Part shown: positions 38,764 through 47,169 of the stretch, piece after piece
Position numbering within the stretch: the first letter of the stretch is position 1
Layout of the letters: every line of letters begins with the position of its first letter
Virus record (IMG/VR): IMGVR_UViG_3300026479_000008
Reading direction: 5' to 3' (one strand)
Length of the DNA: 64,000 bases
Source of the DNA: an uncultured virus (IMG/VR IMGVR_UViG_3300026479_000008)
Taxonomy: Duplodnaviria; Heunggongvirae; Uroviricota; Caudoviricetes
Made by a program: the position numbers and the translations under genes
The notes under the pieces: generated by a model
The model's input: the letters and a program-made list of their open reading frames with translations, nothing else
Told to the model about the DNA's origin: nothing
Databases searched by the model: none

Positions 38764-40890
38764 TTATAAATATCTATCGATAAATTCTTCTTTGCTACCA
38801 ACAAATGATCTAGTCTTTGGGCCGAAAAGAACAATCTCAGCACCTTCTGATTTAAGCCAATCTGCAACTTTTTGAGCTTTTTTCTTATCAGCTGATAACC
38901 ATACTGTGTCAAATTCAGGACCATGAGACCTTTGCATTACAATACCTCCTTTTTCATTTGTAAATTTAAACTTATCTCCAAGAGCAACACTTACTTTAAT
39001 ATTTTTATCAAAATTCTTTTTATGATTCTTAAAAGAATATGCTAAAGCACCTGAGTAACTTTTAGTGTCAGTTGTAAATTCATCTAAAGATGTAGTAGTA
39101 CCTTCATAAATATTTGATTCAAATGCTGGAACTAATCCAGTTTCTCCGTAGATATCTGCCATCATCCATTTTTTAGAACCTTCATCCCATAAATAAACGA
39201 ATTCTGCACCACCTTCGTAATTTGCATCTTTAATATATTTGTTAATATTCTTAACATTACCTTTCATCAGATTAACATCTCCGCCATAGAAATTAATTTT
39301 CTTAACGTCTTTATCTAAACCTGAATTATCTCCATTTTTAAGAACAAAATCTACATTTTTACCACTTTTAAAGGTTGATTTAATAATAGGCAACATGTTT
39401 TCAGGATATGAATCATAGTGAGTATATACTGAAGTAATATTTCCTTTCTTGTCTATTTTACCAAATTGACCTCTAGTTCCTTCATTAATTACATAATTGA
39501 TTACTTCGTTAAATTTAGATTCTTTTAAAGAAATTTCTTCTTCAGTTAATTGAAACTTAACTGATTCTTCTACTGCGTTAAATCCTGCTAATAATTTTTC
39601 AGCAAGTTTAGATTCACCAATAGATTCTAAATATAGAGCAGTGCCTTCAGCAACTCCAATACCTGACCATCCGGCAGCATTTGAAATTCTAGAATAATAC
39701 TCATCTAATATCTGTGATATTTTCTTTGCTCCTACTATAATAGCTTGTTTACCAAGAGTTAAAGGATTAACAGTAACACTTCCTAATCTTCCTTTGATAA
39801 TTTTTTCAGTAGCTGTTCTTTCTCTATGGAAATTAGCATCAGTTAATGCTTCAGCGTAAATATATTTAATAGCTCCTAAGTGAGAAATTTTATCAGCTGT
39901 TAAGCTTCCTAGTTCTGCAAATATTTTATTGTATTGAGTTAATACTTTCTTTGCATCTCTTTTATATTTAATATCTAAGGCCTCATTCATTAATGATTCT
40001 CCTAATCCCCAGTAATTTGCGTGATCGTATTCAACTGGGAATATACCTAAATCACCTTCATCACCTTCTTCACTTTTAACAATTTTAGCAAGATAGTAAT
40101 CTCCCTTTGCAGTATCTTCATATCCGTATGAATCTGCATCTGATCCCATTTCTTTTTTAAATTGCTTTGATATCTTTCTCCAATTATCGATAGCGATTAT
40201 TTCAACTTCGCTTCCAATTGAATTTTCAGTAGTATCTCCTACTTTAAATTTAGCTTTTTCAGTAACTAAAGATTCTGAAAATTCTTCAATATGTTCCATA
40301 TCGATTTCATCTTCTCCCTTTAATTCTTTTTGTACTTCTTTAGACTTTACTAATTTTGAAAGATCTTTCATAGTGATTTCTCCATCAATGAAGTCAGCTA
40401 GTATATAGTATTGATTAGAAGAATATCCTTCACTGTCTCTAAAATCACCAATTTCTTCAATTGCTGCTTTAGTAACGGTCTTAGCTTCAGTAACTAAAGA
40501 TTCGCTTAATGAATTTCTTAGACCACAGTGTACGCATTCTACCGTTCCGTCCTTGTCAATTTGCTTATATAAATGTCCTTTTTTATTAGTACACTTTGGT
40601 TCGTCTGATTCAGTAACTTCTTCTGATGCAGTAACATCTTCTACCTCTACTTCTATTTCAGCTATTTCTTCTTCTGAAACATCTCCAAATATTTTTGAGA
40701 TAATTGATTCTTTCTGATCTTCTTCTAAACCTTCGAAAGAAGTTAATCCTAATTCATCTAGAATAGCAGCTATTTTACCAACTGATTCTTGTCTTTTTAA
40801 ATTGTTTTCTTCTCTAAGTTTACTAACAGATTCCTGTTTTCTAATCTCTGTAAACGATTTAAATGAAGAAATTTTATTAACTTGTGCCAT
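38764..40890 (-). CDS. Putative head-packaged polyprotein (708 aa, about 7 modules)
   Basis: MAQVNKISSFKSFTE; linkers EEVTE|S, ESLVTE|A, ESLVTE|K, ESLMNE|A, YVINE|G, ESNIYE|G; GATATATA at 40925-40932. Confidence 0.65.
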   Translation of the reverse strand: MAQVNKISSFKSFTEIRKQESVSKLREENNLKRQESVGKIAAILDELGLTSFEGLEEDQKESIISKIFGDVSEEEIAEIEVEVEDVTASEEVTESDEPKCTNKKGHLYKQIDKDGTVECVHCGLRNSLSESLVTEAKTVTKAAIEEIGDFRDSEGYSSNQYYILADFIDGEITMKDLSKLVKSKEVQKELKGEDEIDMEHIEEFSESLVTEKAKFKVGDTTENSIGSEVEIIAIDNWRKISKQFKKEMGSDADSYGYEDTAKGDYYLAKIVKSEEGDEGDLGIFPVEYDHANYWGLGESLMNEALDIKYKRDAKKVLTQYNKIFAELGSLTADKISHLGAIKYIYAEALTDANFHRERTATEKIIKGRLGSVTVNPLTLGKQAIIVGAKKISQILDEYYSRISNAAGWSGIGVAEGTALYLESIGESKLAEKLLAGFNAVEESVKFQLTEEEISLKESKFNEVINYVINEGTRGQFGKIDKKGNITSVYTHYDSYPENMLPIIKSTFKSGKNVDFVLKNGDNSGLDKDVKKINFYGGDVNLMKGNVKNINKYIKDANYEGGAEFVYLWDEGSKKWMMADIYGETGLVPAFESNIYEGTTTSLDEFTTDTKSYSGALAYSFKNHKKNFDKNIKVSVALGDKFKFTNEKGGIVMQRSHGPEFDTVWLSADKKKAQKVADWLKSEGAEIVLFGPKTRSFVGSKEEFIDRYL
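40258..40503. repeat. Exact 18-nt direct repeat encoding the linker ESLVTE
   Basis: ttcagtaactaaagattc at 40258-40275 and 40486-40503. Confidence 0.85.
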
Positions 40891-40923
40891 TTTTTAATGT
40901 TTATTTAATTTAGTTTCGTTATT

Positions 40924-42432
40924 CTATATATCTCCGTCAAATTTGACTTTCTTAATACTATACTCAAATTTCTCTTGTTTATAAATTTTCTGCCTCGCCT
41001 TACTATGTTTATATAAATAGTTATCCCATTCGTCAGTTCTAATGTCATCCACAAAATCGACAATTAATACAGCTTCTTTAGACTCATGCTGCCTTAGACC
41101 TCTACCAATTGACTGCCTGATGATCACCTCGGACTTAAATGACTCTGTAAAGAATATATTGTGTATTTTCTTAATGGAAATTCCAGTAGAAAATGTACCA
41201 TAACTCGCTACAATAACTACTTCATCTCCTGCTTCCATTTTCTTTTTATATTCTTCTCTAATATCTTTATCTGTTCCTCCATCTACATAAAAAACTCTTT
41301 TATCTGAGTTTTGGCGGAGCTGTTCGTATATTTTTTTACCATGTTCTATTCTATGAAACAGAACTAGAGAGTTCCTAGGGACCTTGCCAACAACATTACA
41401 TATAAAATTAAGTCTACCAAAAGAATTAATAATATAATTTTGTTCCAGTTGAAAAACATCCTTCCTATCATACTTATTAAATGCTAATTCTTCAAATGCT
41501 TTTTTGGCGGAATCAGGTGCGTAATTCATTTCAATTACTTTTACTTTACATTTAGCGATGTGACCCTGACTCTGTAAAAATGCAGCCTTAACTTCGCTAA
41601 TTACAGGACCCGTTTGACTCATTAGTGTTAACTTGTCTAAAGATCCATCTTTAGGAATTGTACCCGATAAACCATATTTATATTGTGCACTTGTACATTT
41701 TTGTAATATAGTCTTAATAGAATTAGATTTCGCTTTATGAGTTTCATCTACAATAACAGCATCGAACTGTTGAAAATATTCTTTAGGCTTTTTAACTAAG
41801 GACTGATATGTACCTATCACTACATTCCTGTCTGACTTTATTTTCTGGCCGGCATATATCTGTTGTATCTTTAGTTTTATTCTATTCTTATTATTGTATT
41901 CGTGGAAATCTTCATGGGCCTGAACAACTAGAGAAACATTAGGAACTATAAATAATATCTTTTCGGCCTTTTCTTTTTCTAACATATACGCCACTGTTAA
42001 AAAACTAATAAGTGTTTTCCCAGCGGAAGTTGCTAATTCAGCTAAACATCTCCTAAACTTTAGGATATTAAATGCTGTTTCTATTTGATAATCCCTTGGA
42101 ACAAATTTACTACCCTCAAAAAATTCTAAAGCCCATGCTTCAAATGATTCTGCACCTATGTTTCTATCAAATAGTCTTTGAATTCCATTAAGTTTAAGAT
42201 CAAACTTATATTCCTTGCAAATGAGCATAACGTATCTCCAAAGACCGGCGGGAATCCACTTATCGTCTTTGATGTATGAAACATATCCGTCCCATATTCC
42301 TTTCTTGACTAAAGGATTAAATCTCCAACTATCAATTCTTTTAGTTAAAGATATTTTAATCTGCTCTAGTTCAAGTTCCTCTGCTTCATCAATTCGTAAG
42401 AATTGATTATCATCTGTTAGAGTTAAAATCAA
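40924..42432 (-). CDS. uvsW: SF2 helicase UvsW
   Basis: PRDYQ, ATSAGKT, VDETH, GLSGT, STGISIK, QSIGRGLR. Confidence 0.92.
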   Translation of the reverse strand: MILTLTDDNQFLRIDEAEELELEQIKISLTKRIDSWRFNPLVKKGIWDGYVSYIKDDKWIPAGLWRYVMLICKEYKFDLKLNGIQRLFDRNIGAESFEAWALEFFEGSKFVPRDYQIETAFNILKFRRCLAELATSAGKTLISFLTVAYMLEKEKAEKILFIVPNVSLVVQAHEDFHEYNNKNRIKLKIQQIYAGQKIKSDRNVVIGTYQSLVKKPKEYFQQFDAVIVDETHKAKSNSIKTILQKCTSAQYKYGLSGTIPKDGSLDKLTLMSQTGPVISEVKAAFLQSQGHIAKCKVKVIEMNYAPDSAKKAFEELAFNKYDRKDVFQLEQNYIINSFGRLNFICNVVGKVPRNSLVLFHRIEHGKKIYEQLRQNSDKRVFYVDGGTDKDIREEYKKKMEAGDEVVIVASYGTFSTGISIKKIHNIFFTESFKSEVIIRQSIGRGLRQHESKEAVLIVDFVDDIRTDEWDNYLYKHSKARQKIYKQEKFEYSIKKVKFDGDI

Positions 42433-42449
42433 TTTTCATTTAACTTTTT

Positions 42450-42887
42450 TTACAGTCTCGAAATATCAAGGCGATTCTTTATTGCAAAGCCCATATTGTC
42501 GAGAGTTTTTACTGAGCCTTCAATAAAGGCCTTTTGGCTTTCAAGTAAATCCAAAATCTGTTTATCATCTGAAAGATCTGCGTCGATAAAACGTTCTCTT
42601 TGTTTATCCGTTATCTTATAATCAAACTTATAATATTCAATCCATTTCTGTTTATATAACTTGTCTACTGTTCCCTTCTGTGTTCTAATTTTACCAGCGA
42701 TAGTTGCTAAATTTTCAACTAATATTTGCCTATAACTTAATGTATATGCACTAACATCTTCTAGGTTAATACCTTCTTTTAAGTTTGCAGTAAGTTCTTT
42801 AATCTTTAAAGTCCATTCTGATCTTTGGTTTGCTAAATATTCGTCTAATTGTACAATCTTAGATTTGTTAGTTGATTGTTCTGTCAT
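42450..42887 (-). CDS. uvsY: Recombination mediator UvsY-like
   Basis: Helical 145 aa ending in LDNMGFAIKNRLDI; adjacent to uvsW. Confidence 0.7.
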   Translation of the reverse strand: MTEQSTNKSKIVQLDEYLANQRSEWTLKIKELTANLKEGINLEDVSAYTLSYRQILVENLATIAGKIRTQKGTVDKLYKQKWIEYYKFDYKITDKQRERFIDADLSDDKQILDLLESQKAFIEGSVKTLDNMGFAIKNRLDISRL

Positions 42888-42897
42888 GTGGTGTTTT

Positions 42898-43110
42898 TTA
42901 GAATAATGAGTTATTATTAGTATTCTTCTTAATATAAACTTGACTCTTAAATTTCTTTTTGTATTTAGGAGTTATTTTAATTTCTTTTTCAGCGTGTGAT
43001 AAATCGGCTGCTGCAAACCCAATAATCATTTTTAGATTTTTGTGTCTTTTTCCATCTTCTTCGAATTGATCTAATTCGTCATTTACCATTTGTACGTAAT
43101 CGTCTATCAT
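42898..43110 (-). CDS. Small hypothetical protein
   Basis: 70-aa ORF overlapping the primase stop. Confidence 0.45.
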   Translation of the reverse strand: MIDDYVQMVNDELDQFEEDGKRHKNLKMIIGFAAADLSHAEKEIKITPKYKKKFKSQVYIKKNTNNNSLF

Positions 43111-44189
43111 AAGTAATAAGCATCTAGTCGTGAATTACTAAAATACTTATCCATTGTGGATAAACATTTATTTTTTGTTTTCCAAGCAGCGATAACTAGA
43201 TCGTTTAGATCTTTAATCTTGCTAGGATATTTATCCATCTTTGATTCAGACATAAATTTGTCCCATGTAAATACTTCTTTACCTCTTTTTAATTTTTGCA
43301 TCATCTTTGATTTTCCTGCTTCGTCATTATCAAACATATATCGTATTGTTGGAATTTCATCTAACTCTTCGGTTGATCTGGTTACAGACGCCAATGCTAT
43401 AGAGTTAGGCATAAATAAGGCATCTAAAGGTCCTTCGAATACCGTACAGGGCATTTGGAAGTTTGCAGTCATGATACCAAACAAAGTTGATAACTTCTTA
43501 GAGGATATAAGCTGTTCATCCTGGAGAGGTATTTCTTTATTCATTTCCTGATATATCTTTTCTATATCGTATGTTAGATATCTTGTGTTTTTACTTTTCC
43601 TTAAAGATCTACTTTGAAATCCTATAACCTTACCTTCAGGTGCTAAGTTTAAAACTAAGATTCTTTTATCTCTGGGAGAATACAAGAAGTGATTAAGCTT
43701 CTTATGTAAAAACCTGTTCTTTAAATAGAAAAAAGCAGGATCTCCTGGTTCTATCTCTACTAGTTTAAAAACTTCTTTAAGTTCCTTTCTCGTAGGTGAT
43801 AAATCATATAAGGTTTTAAATACACCATGTTGTAGAGTGTCTACTTCATTAACAGATACTTTGTGTTCTTTAATGTATTCTATAATTGTAATAGAATCTT
43901 GAGTATCTTTGAATTTTAGGTGATGATCTTTTAAAAAACCATATAGATCTGAGTGTTGTCCACAATTAAAGCAGTGGAATTGTAACGTTGCCCAATATAG
44001 ATTACCTCTTTTCTTATGAGTTTCACCATGCGAGTCACCACAATAAGGGCATGCCAGGTTTAAACGACCTGGCATTTCCTTAATCATGTGTTTGTTAGGG
44101 TCAGTATGTTCTTTTACACAAACTTGTTTAACTAAACTTCTGACCTTCTGCTTTAAATCTTCTGTGATTTTTTTAGATTCCGATTTCAT
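43107..44189 (-). CDS. gp61: DNA primase (gp61-like)
   Basis: Zn finger CPYCGDS...HCFNC; TOPRIM VFEGPLDALF, FDND, KDLND. Confidence 0.9.
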   Translation of the reverse strand: MKSESKKITEDLKQKVRSLVKQVCVKEHTDPNKHMIKEMPGRLNLACPYCGDSHGETHKKRGNLYWATLQFHCFNCGQHSDLYGFLKDHHLKFKDTQDSITIIEYIKEHKVSVNEVDTLQHGVFKTLYDLSPTRKELKEVFKLVEIEPGDPAFFYLKNRFLHKKLNHFLYSPRDKRILVLNLAPEGKVIGFQSRSLRKSKNTRYLTYDIEKIYQEMNKEIPLQDEQLISSKKLSTLFGIMTANFQMPCTVFEGPLDALFMPNSIALASVTRSTEELDEIPTIRYMFDNDEAGKSKMMQKLKRGKEVFTWDKFMSESKMDKYPSKIKDLNDLVIAAWKTKNKCLSTMDKYFSNSRLDAYYL

Positions 44190-45129
44190 CTAAGAAAGAA
44201 TCTAGATCATCGCTATCTGCTGATGCAGTTGAAGATTTTGTTTCTGCTGCCGTTGGAGTCGCTGTCATTGTGTCAGGGAATTCAAAGTTAGCATCATTTC
44301 CTGTTACCGGAGCTGCTTCTTTTACTGCTGCTTTTTTAGCAGCTGGCTTCGGTGTAGAAATTACAGAATCCATTGAAGAACCAGGGTTAAGATATTGTCT
44401 TAAAATACCATTGACAAAGTCAAGAGTTTCAGCATCCCATTTCTTATATCCATAAGGATCTAAAGATGGCGCTGTATCTAATTCACCTTTAATAGATGTC
44501 ATAGCTTCTTGGTTTCTTTCAGCTGGTTTTCCATCAATTGCAATAGCTGATCTAGTTGCAGAGAATTTAGACTTATCATAGTTATTATATTCACCTTGGC
44601 GAGTAATAATAAGTTCAAAGTTCTTTCCTTCGAATAAATCATAAATCTGAGTTGGTTCACCAAATGCAGGTTTAGTTTCTTCTTCGATCTTCTCTTTAAT
44701 TTTGTAACCGAATTTAAATACTTTATAAGTACCTTCTAATTCAGGGTTCTGAGGATCTTTCACTACTTTGATAAGTGAGTAATACTGTTCTCTACGCTTA
44801 AGCTTGTCGCTCATCTTACGGTCTACTGCTGAATCACTCTTACGAAGTTTGAAGAATGCATCTGCAATTGGACACTTATCTCCTACCGTTGAAGGTGAAT
44901 CAATAAGTCTTCCATCGCCGTTAGCGTCAGTTAGCCAGTGTACATACTTTTTAACTAATGAATTTCTTGGGTTTGTTGGGTTTGGAACAAAACGAATAAG
45001 TGCTTTGTAAGTTCCGTCTTTACCATCATCTGCGGATGGTTTGTAGATCTCATTTGTAGAGCTTGAGCTCTTTGTTTCATGAGTTTCAACGTCTGATACG
45101 CTGAGGTTAAAAATGTCAAAATCTGCCAT
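44173..45129 (-). CDS. gp32: Single-stranded DNA-binding protein (gp32-like)
   Basis: ALIRFVP, CPI, VFKFGYKI, YNNYDKSKF; acidic tail DDLDSFLDEIGI. Confidence 0.88.
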   Translation of the reverse strand: MADFDIFNLSVSDVETHETKSSSSTNEIYKPSADDGKDGTYKALIRFVPNPTNPRNSLVKKYVHWLTDANGDGRLIDSPSTVGDKCPIADAFFKLRKSDSAVDRKMSDKLKRREQYYSLIKVVKDPQNPELEGTYKVFKFGYKIKEKIEEETKPAFGEPTQIYDLFEGKNFELIITRQGEYNNYDKSKFSATRSAIAIDGKPAERNQEAMTSIKGELDTAPSLDPYGYKKWDAETLDFVNGILRQYLNPGSSMDSVISTPKPAAKKAAVKEAAPVTGNDANFEFPDTMTATPTAAETKSSTASADSDDLDSFLDEIGI

Positions 45130-45186
45130 GTCTTTAATTGCTTTAATTTACGTTAATGTCTTTAATCTTTAAAAAACTTTCAATAG

Positions 45187-45237
45187 TTATACATGCAATT
45201 CCTAAAAGGTTTCACAATAATAACTATTCTATATATC
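45187..45237 (-). promoter_or_regulatory. Tandem promoters for gp32: GATATATA (45230-45237) and AAAC-N16-GTATAA (45187-45212)
   Basis: Both recurrent motifs are present upstream of gp32. Confidence 0.65.
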
Positions 45238-45263
45238 CGTATTGCAGGGGGCAGGGGGAAGAA

Positions 45264-45455
45264 TTATAACTCTGAATAGGTTGATCCAGATTCGTCAATC
45301 CACTTTGAAGAAGAGTTTGGAAGACGAGCTAAACCAGCCTTTCTTAACATATCTATCATTTCATTTTCTGTTATTCTATGTTGAGTTACCATATCACTTA
45401 AAATCTCTTTAAGCTTTAATAGGTGTGCCGGTATTATTTCTCTATCTGTTTGCAT
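45264..45455 (-). CDS. Small hypothetical protein
   Basis: 63 aa; GATATATA at 45460-45467 immediately upstream. Confidence 0.5.
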   Translation of the reverse strand: MQTDREIIPAHLLKLKEILSDMVTQHRITENEMIDMLRKAGLARLPNSSSKWIDESGSTYSEL

Positions 45456-45535
45456 ATTTTATATATCTTTTTATTTTATGAAACTTTATGGGGAAAAGAC
45501 AGTATAACTTAAGACTTTAAGCCTCAGTGGTAAAT

Positions 45536-46231
45536 CTATTCCTCAGTGGCCGACATCTTTGCTCTAACGAAGTGAGTTAAAAAGTAAGCGTCAACTAAAT
45601 CGTCAAAGGGTTTTGGTATTTTTTTAGAAGGTCCAATTTCTTTCACACAAAAATCTAAAAGAGGATGTTCTGCTAAAATTTGATCTCCTAATACATTACT
45701 TAAAAAGGCATCCCATAATTGAGACTTATTCATGTTTCCTTTTCCAGCGTGTTTCTTAATTGTAGTGGGAGCAATGGTTTGAATATCTAAGATTTCAAGT
45801 TGACTTAGCATTCTTTCTTTAAGTATCGCAGCTCCTGCAGCCATATCTATAATATTATTAGTTCCCATTTTAGAACCGAAAGAAGTTCCTTCAAAAGAAA
45901 TAATATATTGCTTCTTTGTTTTTGTAATATCCGTTATTAAATTAATAATGTCATCTGCGGTTTTAGCGTATCTCTTTATCTTTGCTAATTCAACGCTTGA
46001 ATAATCTTCACCATGTTTTCCCCAGTCAGGTTGATTAATAAGAGTAACTCCCTTTAAATGAGATATGTCTTCTTGCCAAGCTCTTTCTTTCTTGGTTCCT
46101 TGACCTTCTTTAATATAAGATATGAAATGATATTCGTTAGTTTCTTCTTGGTATATAAAAATACCTGGAGAATTTAATGAAAAGTCTACTGATACGTAAT
46201 TCAAATTAGAATGATTTTCCGATAGCCGCAC
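45536..46231 (-). CDS. RuvC-like Holliday junction resolvase/nuclease (true start may be the TTG near 46204)
   Basis: SVDFSLNSPG, SFEG, PTTIKKHAGKGNMNK, DDLVDAY. Confidence 0.75.
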   Translation of the reverse strand: MRLSENHSNLNYVSVDFSLNSPGIFIYQEETNEYHFISYIKEGQGTKKERAWQEDISHLKGVTLINQPDWGKHGEDYSSVELAKIKRYAKTADDIINLITDITKTKKQYIISFEGTSFGSKMGTNNIIDMAAGAAILKERMLSQLEILDIQTIAPTTIKKHAGKGNMNKSQLWDAFLSNVLGDQILAEHPLLDFCVKEIGPSKKIPKPFDDLVDAYFLTHFVRAKMSATEE

Positions 46232-46574
46232 CTAATCCAGCGCCAACTAATCTTGAGGTTAATAAATCGTAAAAAATACCTTTCTGAATTCCTAGAACTT
46301 TAGCAACTGTTTTACCAATTGTTTTACCTAGAGCAAATCCTGTAAGGCCACCAAATATAGAACCTAAGAAACCTTCATTTGTTAATTCCTCATTAAATCT
46401 TTCAAAATCAAACGTTCCATCTTCATTTGCATACTGTCTAGTAAATTCTTCTAAAGCAGCATCTACTTTTTGCTCTAATTCATCAGTCCATTCTGACTGC
46501 AGAGATTCTTCTAAAAGGGTAATTTCCTCTTTAGTTATATTCTCTTCGCTTAAGTATTCAAAAAATGTTTTCAT
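46206..46574 (-). CDS. Small late protein: capsid-targeting-like peptide, acidic pro-region and glycine-rich hydrophobic C-terminus
   Basis: MKTFFEYLSE; LTNE|GFLGSIFGGLTGFALG...; GATATATA at 46600-46607. Confidence 0.65.
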   Translation of the reverse strand: MKTFFEYLSEENITKEEITLLEESLQSEWTDELEQKVDAALEEFTRQYANEDGTFDFERFNEELTNEGFLGSIFGGLTGFALGKTIGKTVAKVLGIQKGIFYDLLTSRLVGAGLGAAIGKSF

Positions 46575-46611
46575 TATATTGGTCTATATTGTTATGGATT
46601 ATATATCTCGT

Positions 46612-47169
46612 TTATTTACCGTCTATCTCTGAGATAATATTAAACTTATTATAATAGAAGTTAAGTGTAAATGTAGAAAAATCAGCAACATTACTTGACA
46701 TGTTTAACTCTAATTCAGAAATAGAATTAAGAATAGGCTTTTCAAAAACTGCACTCATTAAATGTATACCTTCTGCATCCATTATTTGAAGTTTTAGATC
46801 GTTAATAAAAGGGTCTCTAACTTGTTTTGAATAATAATATAATAAAGTATCTTGCATTATCCAATAATTAATATACCCGTCTAATAGCTGTAACTCTATA
46901 GAGAATTGTCTTTCAACTGTATTTTGAATAGGAATAGACCCTCTATGGTATGTGATAGTTCCGTCGTTAGGCGATTGCTGTATTGGATCAAAATTAATTC
47001 CAGGTAAACTTAAACCCTGTATTGAATAATTGACAAAATCAATAGGTTCTTCTATTATGTTGCCTGGCATTTTACCCAAATAAGATCTATATTTGTCAGC
47101 TACTTCCTTCGGAATAAATGTCCTAGGAAATTTAAAGTTAAATAAGTTATTTCTACTATTTAATATCAT
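46612..47169 (-). CDS. Tail tube terminator/tube-fold protein (T4 gp3-like)
   Basis: SIQGLSLPGINF, LLDGYINYW, FEKPILNSISELEL, FTLNFYYNKF. Confidence 0.6.
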   Translation of the reverse strand: MILNSRNNLFNFKFPRTFIPKEVADKYRSYLGKMPGNIIEEPIDFVNYSIQGLSLPGINFDPIQQSPNDGTITYHRGSIPIQNTVERQFSIELQLLDGYINYWIMQDTLLYYYSKQVRDPFINDLKLQIMDAEGIHLMSAVFEKPILNSISELELNMSSNVADFSTFTLNFYYNKFNIISEIDGK

